Of a stretch of DNA of 64,000 nucleotides, positions 41,613 through 55,055 are shown piece by piece (within the stretch, counting starts at the first letter, position 1; each line of letters starts with the position of its first letter). Where the stretch lies: assembly GCF_009914755.1 (NCBI RefSeq), contig NC_060938.1; one strand, written 5' to 3'. The notes beneath the pieces were generated by a model. It saw only the letters and a list, made by a program, of their open reading frames with translations. It was not told the DNA's origin and made no database searches. The position numbers and the translations under genes are program-made. This stretch comes from the human T2T-CHM13v2.0 reference genome, Homo sapiens.

Positions 41613-44054
41613 TGTACTTATTCTCAGAGGCTTAGAGCTACCAAACATACTTTCCCGTGTCGAAAGGTTTTAAGAGTTCCCATCTTGTGAAGGAGGCTGT
41701 TTCTAGCCAGTTGGCAGAGGAACACTATGCATTTATCCCTTCTGGATCTCATGGCAATCTTAGGCAACATTTCTAGAAAGCGGCGACTTAATAGCAATGC
41801 ATGAAGCCATTATTCATAACTCTTTTAGAGTCAATATTCATGCAAAGGGCTTTTCTCTGTTATAAGGAAGCTGAAGAACAATTCTAACAATATCCTATTT
41901 CTATCGATGTTTCTTATAATAATATTGGCTTCTATGCCTTTTTTTAAAATCTCCATTAACAAATTTAACCAATGTGCCAAGGAAGAAAATTTGCTGTGAA
42001 TTGGAAAATGTTTAAATGAGAGACATAAATTATTCTTCACCTTATGTTTACCAGAGCTTACTTCTCAGTTATTTTTCCCCAACCTGCTTTAGATGTGGAG
42101 GCAGAAGAGGTGTGGTATAATTCTTATCTCCCACCATCGCCCTGGGTGGGAGATTCTATTTACTCAATTCACAGGGTGAACAAACTAGTAAGATCTGTAA
42201 AATCTGCTCTCCCCACAATGAGTGATTATACGGAGCTCATGAGCTAATGCTGGTAGCATGATGTAACAGAATACGCCTTGATCACAGGTTAGCTATTATT
42301 ACTAATGCGGTGGTAGGTCTGAGAGCCTGTCAGATGTGGCCTGATTTAACCCTCGGTGTGAGCATTATATCAATTTGTGGAGGGCAAGCTTCCATGCAGG
42401 GACCATCCAGCAGCTGTTTGGCATCAGGGTTGCACAGCTTTATTAGGAAGAGCAACACTTGTCTACTTTTCAAAGGGGACATTTTAAAGACTTCCAAGAG
42501 TTCTTATCTTCTTCCAGATATATTCATTCCCAGTAGGGTAAAGGGACTGAAAGTCTAACTAGGGGGTCTCTGTGCCAATAGAGCACATAAATCTGTAAGA
42601 ATGATTTATCTGTTCTGTGTCAGAGTTTGGCTGAAAATCCTGTTAGTACTGCCAAACCCTCCAGATGCCCATATTTAATGCTTGGTTGGCCTTATGTAGC
42701 ATAACCAAATTGCCATTTCACAACCACCCTCAATCCCTGGAATCTAAAACAACAAAGCCAGAAGCTCTGAAATGTGCTTTATGAAGCATGAAAGAATCTT
42801 TTAAGGCTCTGTCTGATTCATTTCTGTGTGATGATAGAAGGTCTAATGTACTTGTGAAGGATTCCTTTTACTCGTAAGAAACTTGGCACTTTATAGAAAG
42901 TATGTATTTCATGACCAAAAAAATAGGGTGGCTTGGAGGGATTGTGCTTTCTTTTTGTATTGTATCCAATATGTTCAGTATCAACAGCAGCAAAATAAAG
43001 AGGAAAAATATCTGGTATAAAGCTATGTCAGCTAAAAGTCACGGTGAAGAGCAGAGGACAGTTTTCCACTGAATTCAGGGAAATTATTGCATGACTATGT
43101 GAAAGGACTACTTACACAGTAAGAGTGGTAAGTAGAAATGGACAGTGGAAGTCAGGAGACCTTCCATAAGTCCTAAGAATCTTAGCAGGGCACATAATCA
43201 TTCTGTGTCTTACCTTTTGTATCTATTAAAGGAAAACCATAAGATGGTCATGTCCTATTTCAGAGAACTGTTAGGAAGACCAAGGACATCATTGTTCAAA
43301 TGTTCATGGAGCTCTTCCTATTCAGGGACAATCTTCCCCATTCAGCAGAGTAAGACTATGGCAGGTTATTGTTTGTCACATATTTTGAAGAACACAAATG
43401 TATTATACAGGGATTCTGAAAGAACTTGACTATTAAAACAAAGCAACACAAATGAAGTATTTCATTTAAAAGAATCTACACCCATCCTTTTCTTCTCCAC
43501 TTTTGTAGCAATACAAAATGAGTCCCTCCACCTACATCCATGTTCTTTTGGTTTCCTCACCCTATTTTGACTTTTTCCTCCCTCTCCTACTCTCTCAGAT
43601 GCTTTTCACAGCTATCTAAACACACTCAAGTATCTTTCCTCTAAAAAAATTTCACTCCAATACGTTCTCACATTTGCGTCCACCTACCACTCCTTCCCTG
43701 CCTCTATCCTTCCCTTCACAGCTAAATGTTCATAAGGAGCTTTCTCATGTTGCTCTTCTGATTTTTTTACTCCCCATTCACCATTTAGCTTGGTGCAATC
43801 TGGCTTTTGCCCCCATTACTTAATTGAAAAAGGTCTTGCCAAAGTCATATTAACAACCTTTGTTGCAAAATCCAAAGGACATTTTAGATCCTTTCCTAAG
43901 TTGGATGCTCAGTAGCTTTTGTCACTGCTGACTGCTTCCCTTGGTTTTCTCCACATCATACTCCTTGATTGCCTGGTGCCTTACTTCAGGTCTTCTGAGC
44001 AGCACAGGAGGCAGGGCTGCTGTTGCATAATGGGGAGGATACTGAGCTGGTTAG

Positions 44055-44377
<323 letters not shown>

Positions 44378-44379
44378 AA

Positions 44380-45965
44380 GTACATTCTTAAACGAAGCCC
44401 TCACTTCCACAACAGCCACAGCCCACCCCTTGCAAGATACAGATCTGGTTCTCCACATACCTTTGGGGAACAGGTTATCCAGGATTCCAGTGGGCCTGTC
44501 TTCCTGAGGAGAAGCTTGAAAGAGGTAACTTAGGGAGTAGTCTGACCCCTGTTGCAGCGGTTGGTCTGTCTGGGATCACAATTGGTACTTATCATCTCTC
44601 TTCCACTGTTCATTTTAAATTCCCCCTCAGCTTTCACCTCTGCTGGTCTTGATGACTTATCTGCTGATATGATCAAAGCCTTCATTTTTGAGGGCCTGAA
44701 CCCATAGTTACCATACTTTTCTTAGGCTGGGGTTATTGCACTTGTTTGTCTATAGTCACAATTGAGCAAGTATGTCCAACTGGATCATCTGAGTTCCAAA
44801 TATATTTCTCCCTGTCCTCATTGTGTAACAGCAGCCCTGCTTCTTCCTCCTGATCAGGGTCAGTTACTCCTAACAAGATATTGACTTCTTCAGCCTGCTG
44901 GTCTCTGTATACAAGAAGTCCTGAATGCCCAAGTGGCAGTCATAGCCTGAGTTCTCCACAGAGCCTAGTATTATAGGAAGAGGAAACACAGACTCTTTCA
45001 GCGGATCATTGAATGTGATAAGTGGACTCTCTCCTGCTTCTGCCCAATGGTTCCCAGACCAATATATTCTTCCTAATTGGGATAACATCCATATAGAGGT
45101 TTGTGATGCAGTGTCTAGCCTGCATGATGATACCCCACCATGGCAGATGCCATGATGTAGGCAATTGCCTACAAATTGGCATTCCGGTTGTGCCTTTGGT
45201 AGGCCCTTGCATTGCTCTATAGAGCTACCTTCTCTGGATTATGTGATATGTGATAAAACCAGAGGATCCCATGGTCACAGGCTCATTCGTCTCCTCCTCT
45301 GTGAAGTGTGTCTCTCATGGTCGGATGCTGTGTTATATGGAATTCTATGTCTGTGGATCACTTTCAAATCCTCCAGCTAGTAGTGCTGCCTGGGACTTTG
45401 TAGGTAAGAAAGGCAAACAGTTATCTAGAATAAATGTTTACTACCATGACAATAATTCACAGGTCCTTCCAGGAAGAAATGGCTCAATGTGTCATAAAGT
45501 GGCCATGTGATCCCTGTTGTACTGCTCAGGTTTGATCCCTGGTATACCACTTTCCACTAGACAAATTGCTGCTGAGTCTGCCTGACATTCTGACTTAATG
45601 TATTCTACAGAGCTCAGCTCACAAGGGGCAGTTTAGAATGCATAGTTACTGGCTTCCATGGTCAAATATTCAGTCTCAAACAGGGCTCAGTAGCACCCCA
45701 AGAGATGTTTTTCTGCACTGCAGATGGTGTGGACTCACTCTAGAAATCCAGAGTACTGTATTTTGATTCTTCTATGAAGGCTTGCCACAAACTCCACACC
45801 AAACTACCTCTTTTTTCACTTTTCACTCTTCCAACACAATAGAGTCTATGAGATCATATGGCCCAAGAGGCAGGGCTGCTTGTACCACAGCCTGGTGCTG
45901 CAAAGTCCTGCTCAGGCCCTATTCCAAGTTGCCAGACTTACATGTTAACTGATACATGGGCGAAG
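44380..45965 (-). mobile_element. Old ERVL-like internal fragment
   Basis: Degenerate sequence of the same character as 36.5-38.9 kb; no intact ORF. Confidence 0.45.
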
Positions 45966-46275
45966 CAATCTTTCTACAGTATTCAATTCAATGAATAAAT
46001 CACAGCTTATTTGTCCATTTTCTTAGATATAAACAAAAGTATAACTCTTAACTGTAAGTTCTGAGTTTAGTCTTCAGCTCTTTCTAATATCCCCTTGCAC
46101 CAGATATAGGCCTTCTCATACAGTGTTCAATTGCTTGTCAGTTGCTGTCAACTTTATCTCAGCATTAGCTGGCTGTAGTAGCTTCAAACTTAACAAAAAT
46201 CCAACTAATTCCTTCATCCTTGTATTCATTGCTTTCCTTCATCTTCCTTGCCTCCTCCTCAACAACATCCCTCCA

Positions 46276-46276
<1 letters not shown>

Positions 46277-46304
<28 letters not shown>
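46277..46304. repeat. (CA)n microsatellite
   Basis: ~14 CA units. Confidence 0.9.
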
Positions 46305-46306
<2 letters not shown>

Positions 46307-46544
46307 CACGTGCACTTTTCTAAAGCATGAACATTGCACAGGCCAGGAAAGTTCTCTCACGGAACTTTCTTCCAAGCCATCATTGATTAAAGTTTTTAGT
46401 AATTGGGCTGCCACCCTGTGCCAGAGACTATCTGTGCCCCCTGTGCCACCCAGAATGGGATCCTCATCACCAGCTTGCAGGAAGTGATCTGCTCCCAAAA
46501 CCTCATTTTACCTCCTGCTTTCTCAGACCAATTCCAGTACCAAC

Positions 46545-46940
46545 TGTATCAGTTCAGTTATTCTGGGAAGCAGATGCTGAGACAGCGTTAGGAGTGCAAG
46601 TGGTTCATTGAAAGATAACATCTGTGAAAGATAAAGGGGGAGAGCCCCAGACTGTGCTACAGAGCTGACAAAATCTTGGCCAAACCAATGGGGAGCTCTA
46701 GAGCAAAGACTGCCTGTTAGAGGGACCCACATTAGGCATAGAAGCCAGGCTCTAGCACCACTGCCATGCTCAGCCCTGGGCTGTGGGCTTCCCGGGAAGA
46801 GTAGAGCCTTGGTTAAAACACTGTGACAGTTCCTGCAGGTGCTGCAGATGGAGGCTGGCAGCTAACTGCCTCCTGACAGTTACACAGAAAGCTGTTTCCT
46901 GGAGGGAGATCTGAGTGGTGCATCTCTGTGGCTGCCGTAC
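46545..46940 (-). mobile_element. LTR16-like ERVL LTR
   Basis: gggaagcagatgctgagacag...ctgacaaaatcttggccaaaccaatggggagctctagagcaaagactgcc...gggagatctgagtggtgcatc. Confidence 0.6.
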
Positions 46941-47299
46941 CCATTTTCTTTTTCATCTTCTCTGTTTGCACATCTGCCTTTCTGTACCAGCTTCTCTTTC
47001 TTCCTCTACCTATCATTTAAATGATGCTGGATGGTTTTGAGGTTCTTATCTCATGCCACACTTCTCCAGCCTCGCCTACTCCCATTCATACATCTAATGA
47101 GATTCTAATGAATTTGAATTTCAGATCCGTAAGCCAGGTCTCTTTTCTGAGCACTAAACTTATTTCATCCAATTGCTCACTAAAATATCATACAGTGTCC
47201 TTATATTTAACATTTCCAAAGGTGACATTATTATCTTCTTGGCCAAAACTATCTGTATACCCATCTCAGTGAATGGATCCATCGGTTACCCGGATGCTC

Positions 47300-47860
47300 A
47301 AAACAGCATAGTCATCTGCAACAACATGGATGAACCTGGAGGATATCATGTTAAGTGAAATTGGCCAGACACAGAAAGACAAGTGGTGCATGATCTCATG
47401 CATACGTGGAGTCTAACAACATTGATCTCGTAGAAGCATCATGCATATGTGGAGTCTAACATCATGCATATGTGGAGTCTAACATCATGCATATGTGGAG
47501 TCTAATGACATTGATCTCATAGAAGCAGAGAGTAGGATAGTGGTTACCAAAGGCTGTGCAGAGGGTAGGGGGAGGAAGAAATGAGGAGATGTTGGTCAAC
47601 AGGTATAAAGTTACAGTTAGGTAGGAGGAATAAATTCTGATGTTCTATTGCACAGTAGGGTGACTATGTTAACAATAATGTATTGTATATTTCCAAATAG
47701 CTAGAAGAGATGAGGTTGAATGTTCTCACCACAAAGAAATGATAAATGTTTGAGGTGATGGATTTGCAAATTACTCTGATTTCATCATTATACAATGTAT
47801 ACATGTATCAAAACAGCATACCGTATTCCAAAAATATGTGCTAATTAAAAATAAGAGAAA
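47300..47860 (+). mobile_element. L1MA/MB 3' end with internal tandem duplications
   Basis: gcaacaacatggatgaacctggaggatatcatgttaagtgaaat...gaatgttctcaccacaaagaaatgataaatgtttgaggtgatgg. Confidence 0.85.
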
Positions 47861-48280
47861 ACTAAAAACATAAAATCAGTATTTAAAGACAAAGAAAAAC
47901 AGACACATAGGATTATTCTTGATACTTTCTTCTCACTCATCCCTAATATCAAATCCATTATTAATTATTACTAGTCTAAATATATCTTGAATCTGTCTCC
48001 ATTTCATTTGTTTTCATCTGAGTTCTCACCACTAACATTTTTTTCCACCTGAATGGAAATGGAGTTTCTTTTGTTCTTGCTAAACACAGCAGTCAGGGTG
48101 ATCAGCCTGTACTGCGGATGGGGTCTCGGTCTCTTGAGTAAAATACGCTATTGGCTTCCATTGCTCTTCAGAAAATTTCAGACTCTTCACATGGTTTATG
48201 AAGTCCCCGTGATCTGGCCCTGCTTGCTTCTCTTTGCAGGCAGATCTTTTACTAGTTTTCCTCCACTTTAGTCACTTCTA

Positions 48281-48359
48281 TTATTTCAGCCACTTTGAAC
48301 TATTTTTATATTCTAGAATTTTATTTCAGCCACTTCGAACTATTTTTACATCCTAGAAT
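48281..48359. repeat. 40-bp tandem duplication (2 copies, 3 mismatches)
   Basis: ttatttcagccactt(t/c)gaactattttta(t/c)at(t/c)ctagaat repeated. Confidence 0.9.
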
Positions 48360-48659
48360 GTGTCATTCACTCTGCTGCTCTTATTGCTTGCACAAGCTAT
48401 TCATTTTTATGGGAACATTATTTATTTCCACTCTTTTTTTCTATAATTAACCCTTTTCCATCTTTAATGCATATGAAAGCACAAAAATAGCAACACAGAT
48501 AACTATGTGCTACCATCAAAATTAACCAGAAGTTAACAATTGGCTTTAACTTAGGTTTCTCTTTTATTTTTTAAATAAATAAAATGTTACAGCAACAACT
48601 AAAGCTCTGCCACTATCCACTTTTTCCTTCTCTCCCCACGCAGGGATTAAGATAGAATT

Positions 48660-49530
48660 TTACTGTTATTGTACCCTCTCTTGCTGTTAAGAAATCTGCC
48701 ACCAGCTCAGTTATCCTTCTCTTGATGTTTTCATCTTTGACTTTTATTTGCTTTTAAGGTCTCTTTGTCTTTAATGTTTAACAGTTTTCCTGTAATATGT
48801 GTAGATATTGATGAATTTTTATTTACCCTGCTTTGAATTCATTGTTCTATTTTGAATGAGAAGTTCTTAGCCATTATCTCTTTAATATTGTCTGTCCTCA
48901 TTTTCTCTATTCTTTTCTCATGTGAGTCCTATTAGATGTAAGTTGGATCATCCATCTTTCATTCTTGCCTTTTAACTTCTCTTTTGTGTTTTCTAATATG
49001 ATATCTCTCTGTGCTACATTTTATCTGGTTTCTTAGCTTTACATATATTTCCAGGCCACTATTCTTCAGCTAACTACTCTTCTGTCTAATCCATTTCTGT
49101 TATATTTCGGTTGTCTGTTCTGTTTCATATATCTGTTCATTTTTGTGGTTTTGATCATGTCTTTTATGTCCTGAATTAGTTTTTAAAAAAACTTATTTTA
49201 TAATCACTTTGAAATCATTCTATTCTCTGTAATTCTTGGGGGTGTCAGTTTGAAAACTGTGAGATCTTAATGGCTCTTTCATGGTGAATTGTTACCTTTT
49301 TATTTTATAATTTAGGATTATAAACTCATTTATCATTGAGAAAATGGCTCAAGGGGAGTTCCACAATTGTTTCCAACAGCAACATCAGGGATTTCACTGC
49401 TCAGGGATATATTTTATGATACTATCTCAGCTTGGGAGGTGTCTCAGCCATCCAGTAGTTTAAATGCCAACCAAAACACACAAGTTTATGGGCAAGGGCA
49501 TGGTTCCAGATTCTCAAGAAGGTTTTTTTA
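48660..49530 (-). mobile_element. Old L1M fragment (host of the retrocopy)
   Basis: T-rich strand with motifs such as gagaagttcttagccattatctctttaatattg, typical of antisense L1 ORF1. Confidence 0.55.
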
Positions 49531-52500
49531 AAAATAGAATATTGAGTTTGATGCAGTGGCGTCAGGAGCAGGACGACTCTTTGCCATTCAGATCATGGGG
49601 AAAGCAGTGGGAATCCAAGTGAGGAGCAGCCAGAGGACAACAGAGGAGAGGATGGGAGGCTGATGACCTGGGCCCTGGGCGTGTGGAGGCTGTGACTCTT
49701 CTCTAGCTAGAGGACTCTTCTTTTGTGGGAAGGATAGCATCTTCTGAGGACCCTTGCTATGTGAGCAGGCTGACATAGGTGGTGATGAGGTCTGTTCCTT
49801 TCTAGGTTCCTGTAGAGATCTGTAGGTAGCTGTTCACTAGGGAGTTAACTAAGAAAGAGAACAAAAACTATTCATTTGGATCCAAGGTCCATCACCGCTG
49901 GTAGCTGTGGTGGCTTTGGATTGTCGGACGACCATCAGCTTCAGCAAGTCTGCACTAGGGAACAATCATTCTTCCCTAGCCCAAGCGTGCCTCTGCCCTC
50001 TGTATCGTTGACAGAGGCTGCATGTTTGGCAAGAGAACATAGTGACTGCTGAACTGAAAGTTGACTCTAACTCTCGCTACCAAGTTTTTCCCTGACACAG
50101 TGAAAGAGTATTAAGACATCAGCCTAGGACACGTTGAGAACCAAGGACAAGATGGACAGGGCCAAGTAACTGGGCTTCAACCATGACTGGGACTAAGAAT
50201 AAGACAAGAGGCCAGGCCAAAGCGGAAAAGAGGCTGCTATACAAGCTAAAGCTGGAGAAGAGAGGGAGGCTACGGGTGTGGTTAGGCCTGTAGCCAATAC
50301 CTGGGCCAAAGCAAAAGACAAGCCAGGGTCTCTGACAGATGCAGTGGCAGAGATGAAGGCAATGTCTAAGAACAAGGTCGGTGCTGAGATGAAGGAAGGA
50401 GCCCCTGTCAGAGCCTAAGGCTCTGGGCAAAGCCACTGGAGATTTCAGTCCCAAGGCTGGGAATGAGTCCGCCAGCTCCACATGTAAAAATGGGGCTGGT
50501 ATTGATGCCTGGGTCTGGGCTGAGGAAGAGGCCACTATCAATTCCTGGTTCTGAAATGGAGAAGAGGCTGGTAATCATTCCGGTGCTAAGAATGATAAAC
50601 CTGAAATTGGTGCCCAGGTCTGTGCTGAGGAGTTGGAGCCTGTGACTGGGGCCAGTTGCAAACCTAGGTCTGGGGCTGAGGAAGAGGAGGAAGAGAATGT
50701 CATTGGGAACTGGTTTTGGGAAGGAGATGATGCTAGTTTTGACCCTAATCCTCAATCTGTGAGTAGGATAGTTAGATCTCAGCCTGTGGATGAAATTAAT
50801 GGAAAAAAAAAAATAGGCCCAAGGACTGGTCTGAGGTAACTATCTGGCCCAAAGCCCCTGCTGTAACTCCAGCAGTATTCGGATTAGATCCCAGGCATCT
50901 AAGGCAAGCCCTCCTTCATATATTGTTTTGGCCTCAGCTGAAGAAAATGCCTATTCTTTGCCTGTGGCAACAGCCTGCCCTTGTAGGAACACTAACTCAT
51001 GCTCACAGCCCATCCCTGAGTGTCCTTTTGGTTCCGACCCTTGCATCCAGACCATAGATGAGATTAGACACCAAATCAGGATTAGGGAGGTAAATGGGAT
51101 TAAGCCATTTGCTTACTCTTGCAAAATGGAATGCTATGTGGACTCTGAGGAATTTGAACAACTTGTTAACTTACTTAAGTCAACTACTGATCCTCTTGTT
51201 CATAAAAGAGCACAGATTGCAATGGGTATCCATAACGTTCACCCATTTGCCCAAGAGTTTATTAATGAAATGGTATAATGATGCTTATTGAAAGCTTGCT
51301 CAGTTTTCCTTCCCCAGAAATGAGAAAATTACTAATTTTCTTATGAGTAATTACTCTGAATCCTCCTTCTGGGGATGAAAGACAACGCAAAATTGAATTA
51401 CATGTTAAGCATATGTGTAAAGACACCATGTCATTTCCTTTGAACTCACCTGGACAGCAATCTGGATCAAAGATACTAGGGCAACTGACTACTGATTTTG
51501 TCCATCACTACATTGTTGCCGGTGACTTTTCAGAGCTTTTTGATTTGCCATCCTTGAGAAAGTACAAAACCAGACATCTTGTTTTGAAAGTAATTTTAAA
51601 TATATCTGAAAATCCAACTGCAGCCAGAGACATGATCAATATGAAGGCACTGGCAGCATCAAAACTCATCTTTAACCATAAAGAGGCAAAAGCCAGTCTT
51701 GTTAGTGGTGTGGCCATATTTATTAACATAAAGGAGCATATCAGAAAGGGCTCAATTGTAGTTGTTGATCACTTGAGTTATAATACACTCATGGGCATTC
51801 TCAGGGAAGTTAAAGGGATTATTGAAGCAATGTAAAATGAGCCAGAGATAGAACACTTTGAACCATCTCCAAACTCTAGCAGGCTGTACATTCCCAAAGA
51901 GCCTTGTATCATATTTGGTTATTATGGTGTACAAGTTATACATTGCATCTTTAACACATAGTTACCTGTGACAAGCTCTAGGTTTGAGCTAAACTATTTT
52001 GGGGGTATCAGATGAATATCATATCACTGGCTGAAAATGTTTGTTGATTTTTTTCTTGTTTAGATTGGCATATTTTTTACATTTTATTTAAGAAAGCGAA
52101 CGAGTTCGTTGTAAGTGAGCTAACTTGTTCATTAGTATCTCCTTAGATCCATCTGTGGCTTAAAATGGCAAAAAAGAAAACATCCTTGAATTTGAAATCT
52201 AGTTATAGAAGTAAGGCATACACACACACAAAGATAACTAACAGTACCTAGAGAGAGAGTGAGTGTGTGTGTGTGTGAGTGTGCACGTGTATACCCATGA
52301 CCAAATGTGCACTCTCTACATAAAGGAGGCAGGGGTTGCTATAGGCTGTTTAATGTAAGAGAAACTACTCTTTTTCTCCTATTCCAGCCGTATCAGATAC
52401 TCATTCCACAACACAGAAAGATCCAGAATTTCAGACAAATGCATTATTTGTTCAATTTTAATTTTGCTTCTACATTTATAACTCTTAAATTGTCAGGCTG

Positions 52501-53164
52501 TTTCATTTATGTCAAAGTCATCTCACAAAAGAGAAGGTGGAAACATTTTGTGAGTGCCTATTCTATGTCAGACACTAAGTTGGCACCATATTTTGCAAGT
52601 TTATTTTTTTCCTGTACTCACAGTGATCCTGTAAACTAGGTACTCGTGTTTTTATTAGAACTCATTAGTCTGGGTACCCTCCAATGAGAATTAGAGAGGG
52701 TAAGTACTTTTTCCTAGATTCCCACAGCAGGCAGGTGGCATAGCTGTTTTATCTGACACCAGAACCCATCTCACCATACTCCTTTACAGTTCCCCTGAAG
52801 GACATTTTGAGGCGACGGCCTTCAAAGCTCAGAGACTGGTTTTAATGTTTAATTTTGCATGCCAGGTTACAATTCTTAACTTCCTCCACATGCATGTGTC
52901 CATTAGACATTTGACTGCATCTGGCTGGAGGTCAGCTGAAAAGTCTGAGATGAATAGATGGATTTTATCTGGCAGTGTCAGAAAAATAGTAGGTGCCCCA
53001 AACTTTGTTCAGTGAGTAAGATGGAGATTTGGAGTCATCAGCAAGGGGAACTTGTTAGATGTCCTTTGCATCTTTTTCTATCCATTTGTACTTTATCTTC
53101 CCCAAAGAGCTGAAATCATCCTGTACATTGTTTTATATCCTGAATTAAAAAGGTAATTGCTTTT

Positions 53165-53513
<349 letters not shown>

Positions 53514-53970
53514 TTATCATTTGTGATTTATTCTCCTATGTGTCCTATGAAAGGCCAAAGGGCTTTATCTTTTACTAGTAGGCAAGCCTGGGCATTTCTG
53601 CATTTGTACCGGCTAACACGACAGAATAAATGTAATCGGAGAAATTTAGATCCAGAATTGCAGCTTCAACAATACAAAACAGCAAAGCTACAAGAGGCTG
53701 CTGTGCCAATCTACAAGACAGTGATTCTTAGTCGTTGGTATGGACCAGAAAGCATGCCCAGGACGTTTAGGTTATGGCTGAATTCTCTAAGACTCATGGT
53801 GGGAATTATAATCCCTAGTCTGAGCTGAAACGGAAGTTTCTATGTGTGAAAATATGGGGTAATATGCTTTGAGGTTTTCTGACAGTTAAGAAACTAAGAC
53901 AAGATCATACTGTAAATATGTATGGAACTTGCTTCCCCCCAGTTGTGTATTGTAAACATCTTTGCATGTC

Positions 53971-53976
53971 AATAAA
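53971..53976 (+). terminator. Poly(A) signal AATAAA of the retrocopy
   Basis: Canonical hexamer ~12 nt before the decayed A-tail and 3' TSD. Confidence 0.7.
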
Positions 53977-54665
53977 TATGCCTCTATAACAACAACAACA
54001 ACAAAATAGAATATATACAAGGGATATGCAAACTTTGGTCAGTGGGAAGATCTTTGCTGACTCACATTTTCATTAAGTGTATAGCACTTTGACATCCCTC
54101 ATTTTGTAGCAATATCTTAATTCCAACTCTTCCTGTCACATGTGCTGACATCTCTTCTTACCTCGTGTCAGCATTAAAATCCAAACTCTCAGCATCCTGA
54201 GGCTGGCGATTCCTTCCCCATGATCATCTTTCTACTTCTTGAGCATTCACAGAGCTTGTTACTCTGTTTTCAGTTCTTTCATAATATCTGGGGAGTTCCT
54301 GGATTTCTAGAGAGTTCAGGTATTCATTTGAAATAATTGTTATGTTTTATCTAACATTTATCAGTGGTCATAGTGGGAAGGTTTGGGGATTATGTAGACT
54401 TCCAGGAAGTCTTCATCTTTCAGTTCCTAGATTATTCATTGCCCAGATATTTATTGTCTTGGGGACTATATTGGGTATTGAAGAGAGCTGGTAAAAAATA
54501 CAGATAGAGAGAGATAGATAGAGATAGAGATAGATCCTACACTATTAACTTTACAATAAAATTAGACATCAGTTTCTCCAGGAGGCTTTCTCTAACTTTT
54601 CTCAAATCTCAAAATTAGCTATTATACGTAGCTAACTCACTGTATATTTCCTCATTCTGTCATTC

Positions 54666-55055
<390 letters not shown>

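Noticed and set aside
50119-50755. 140-aa and 115-aa minus-strand ORFs
   Set aside because: Antisense shadows of the pseudogene CDS; no independent promoter or homology evidence.
50183-51835. Functional full-length GPRASP3-like gene
   Set aside because: Frameshift ~16 codons after the ATG, further indels and an in-frame TGA at 50552.
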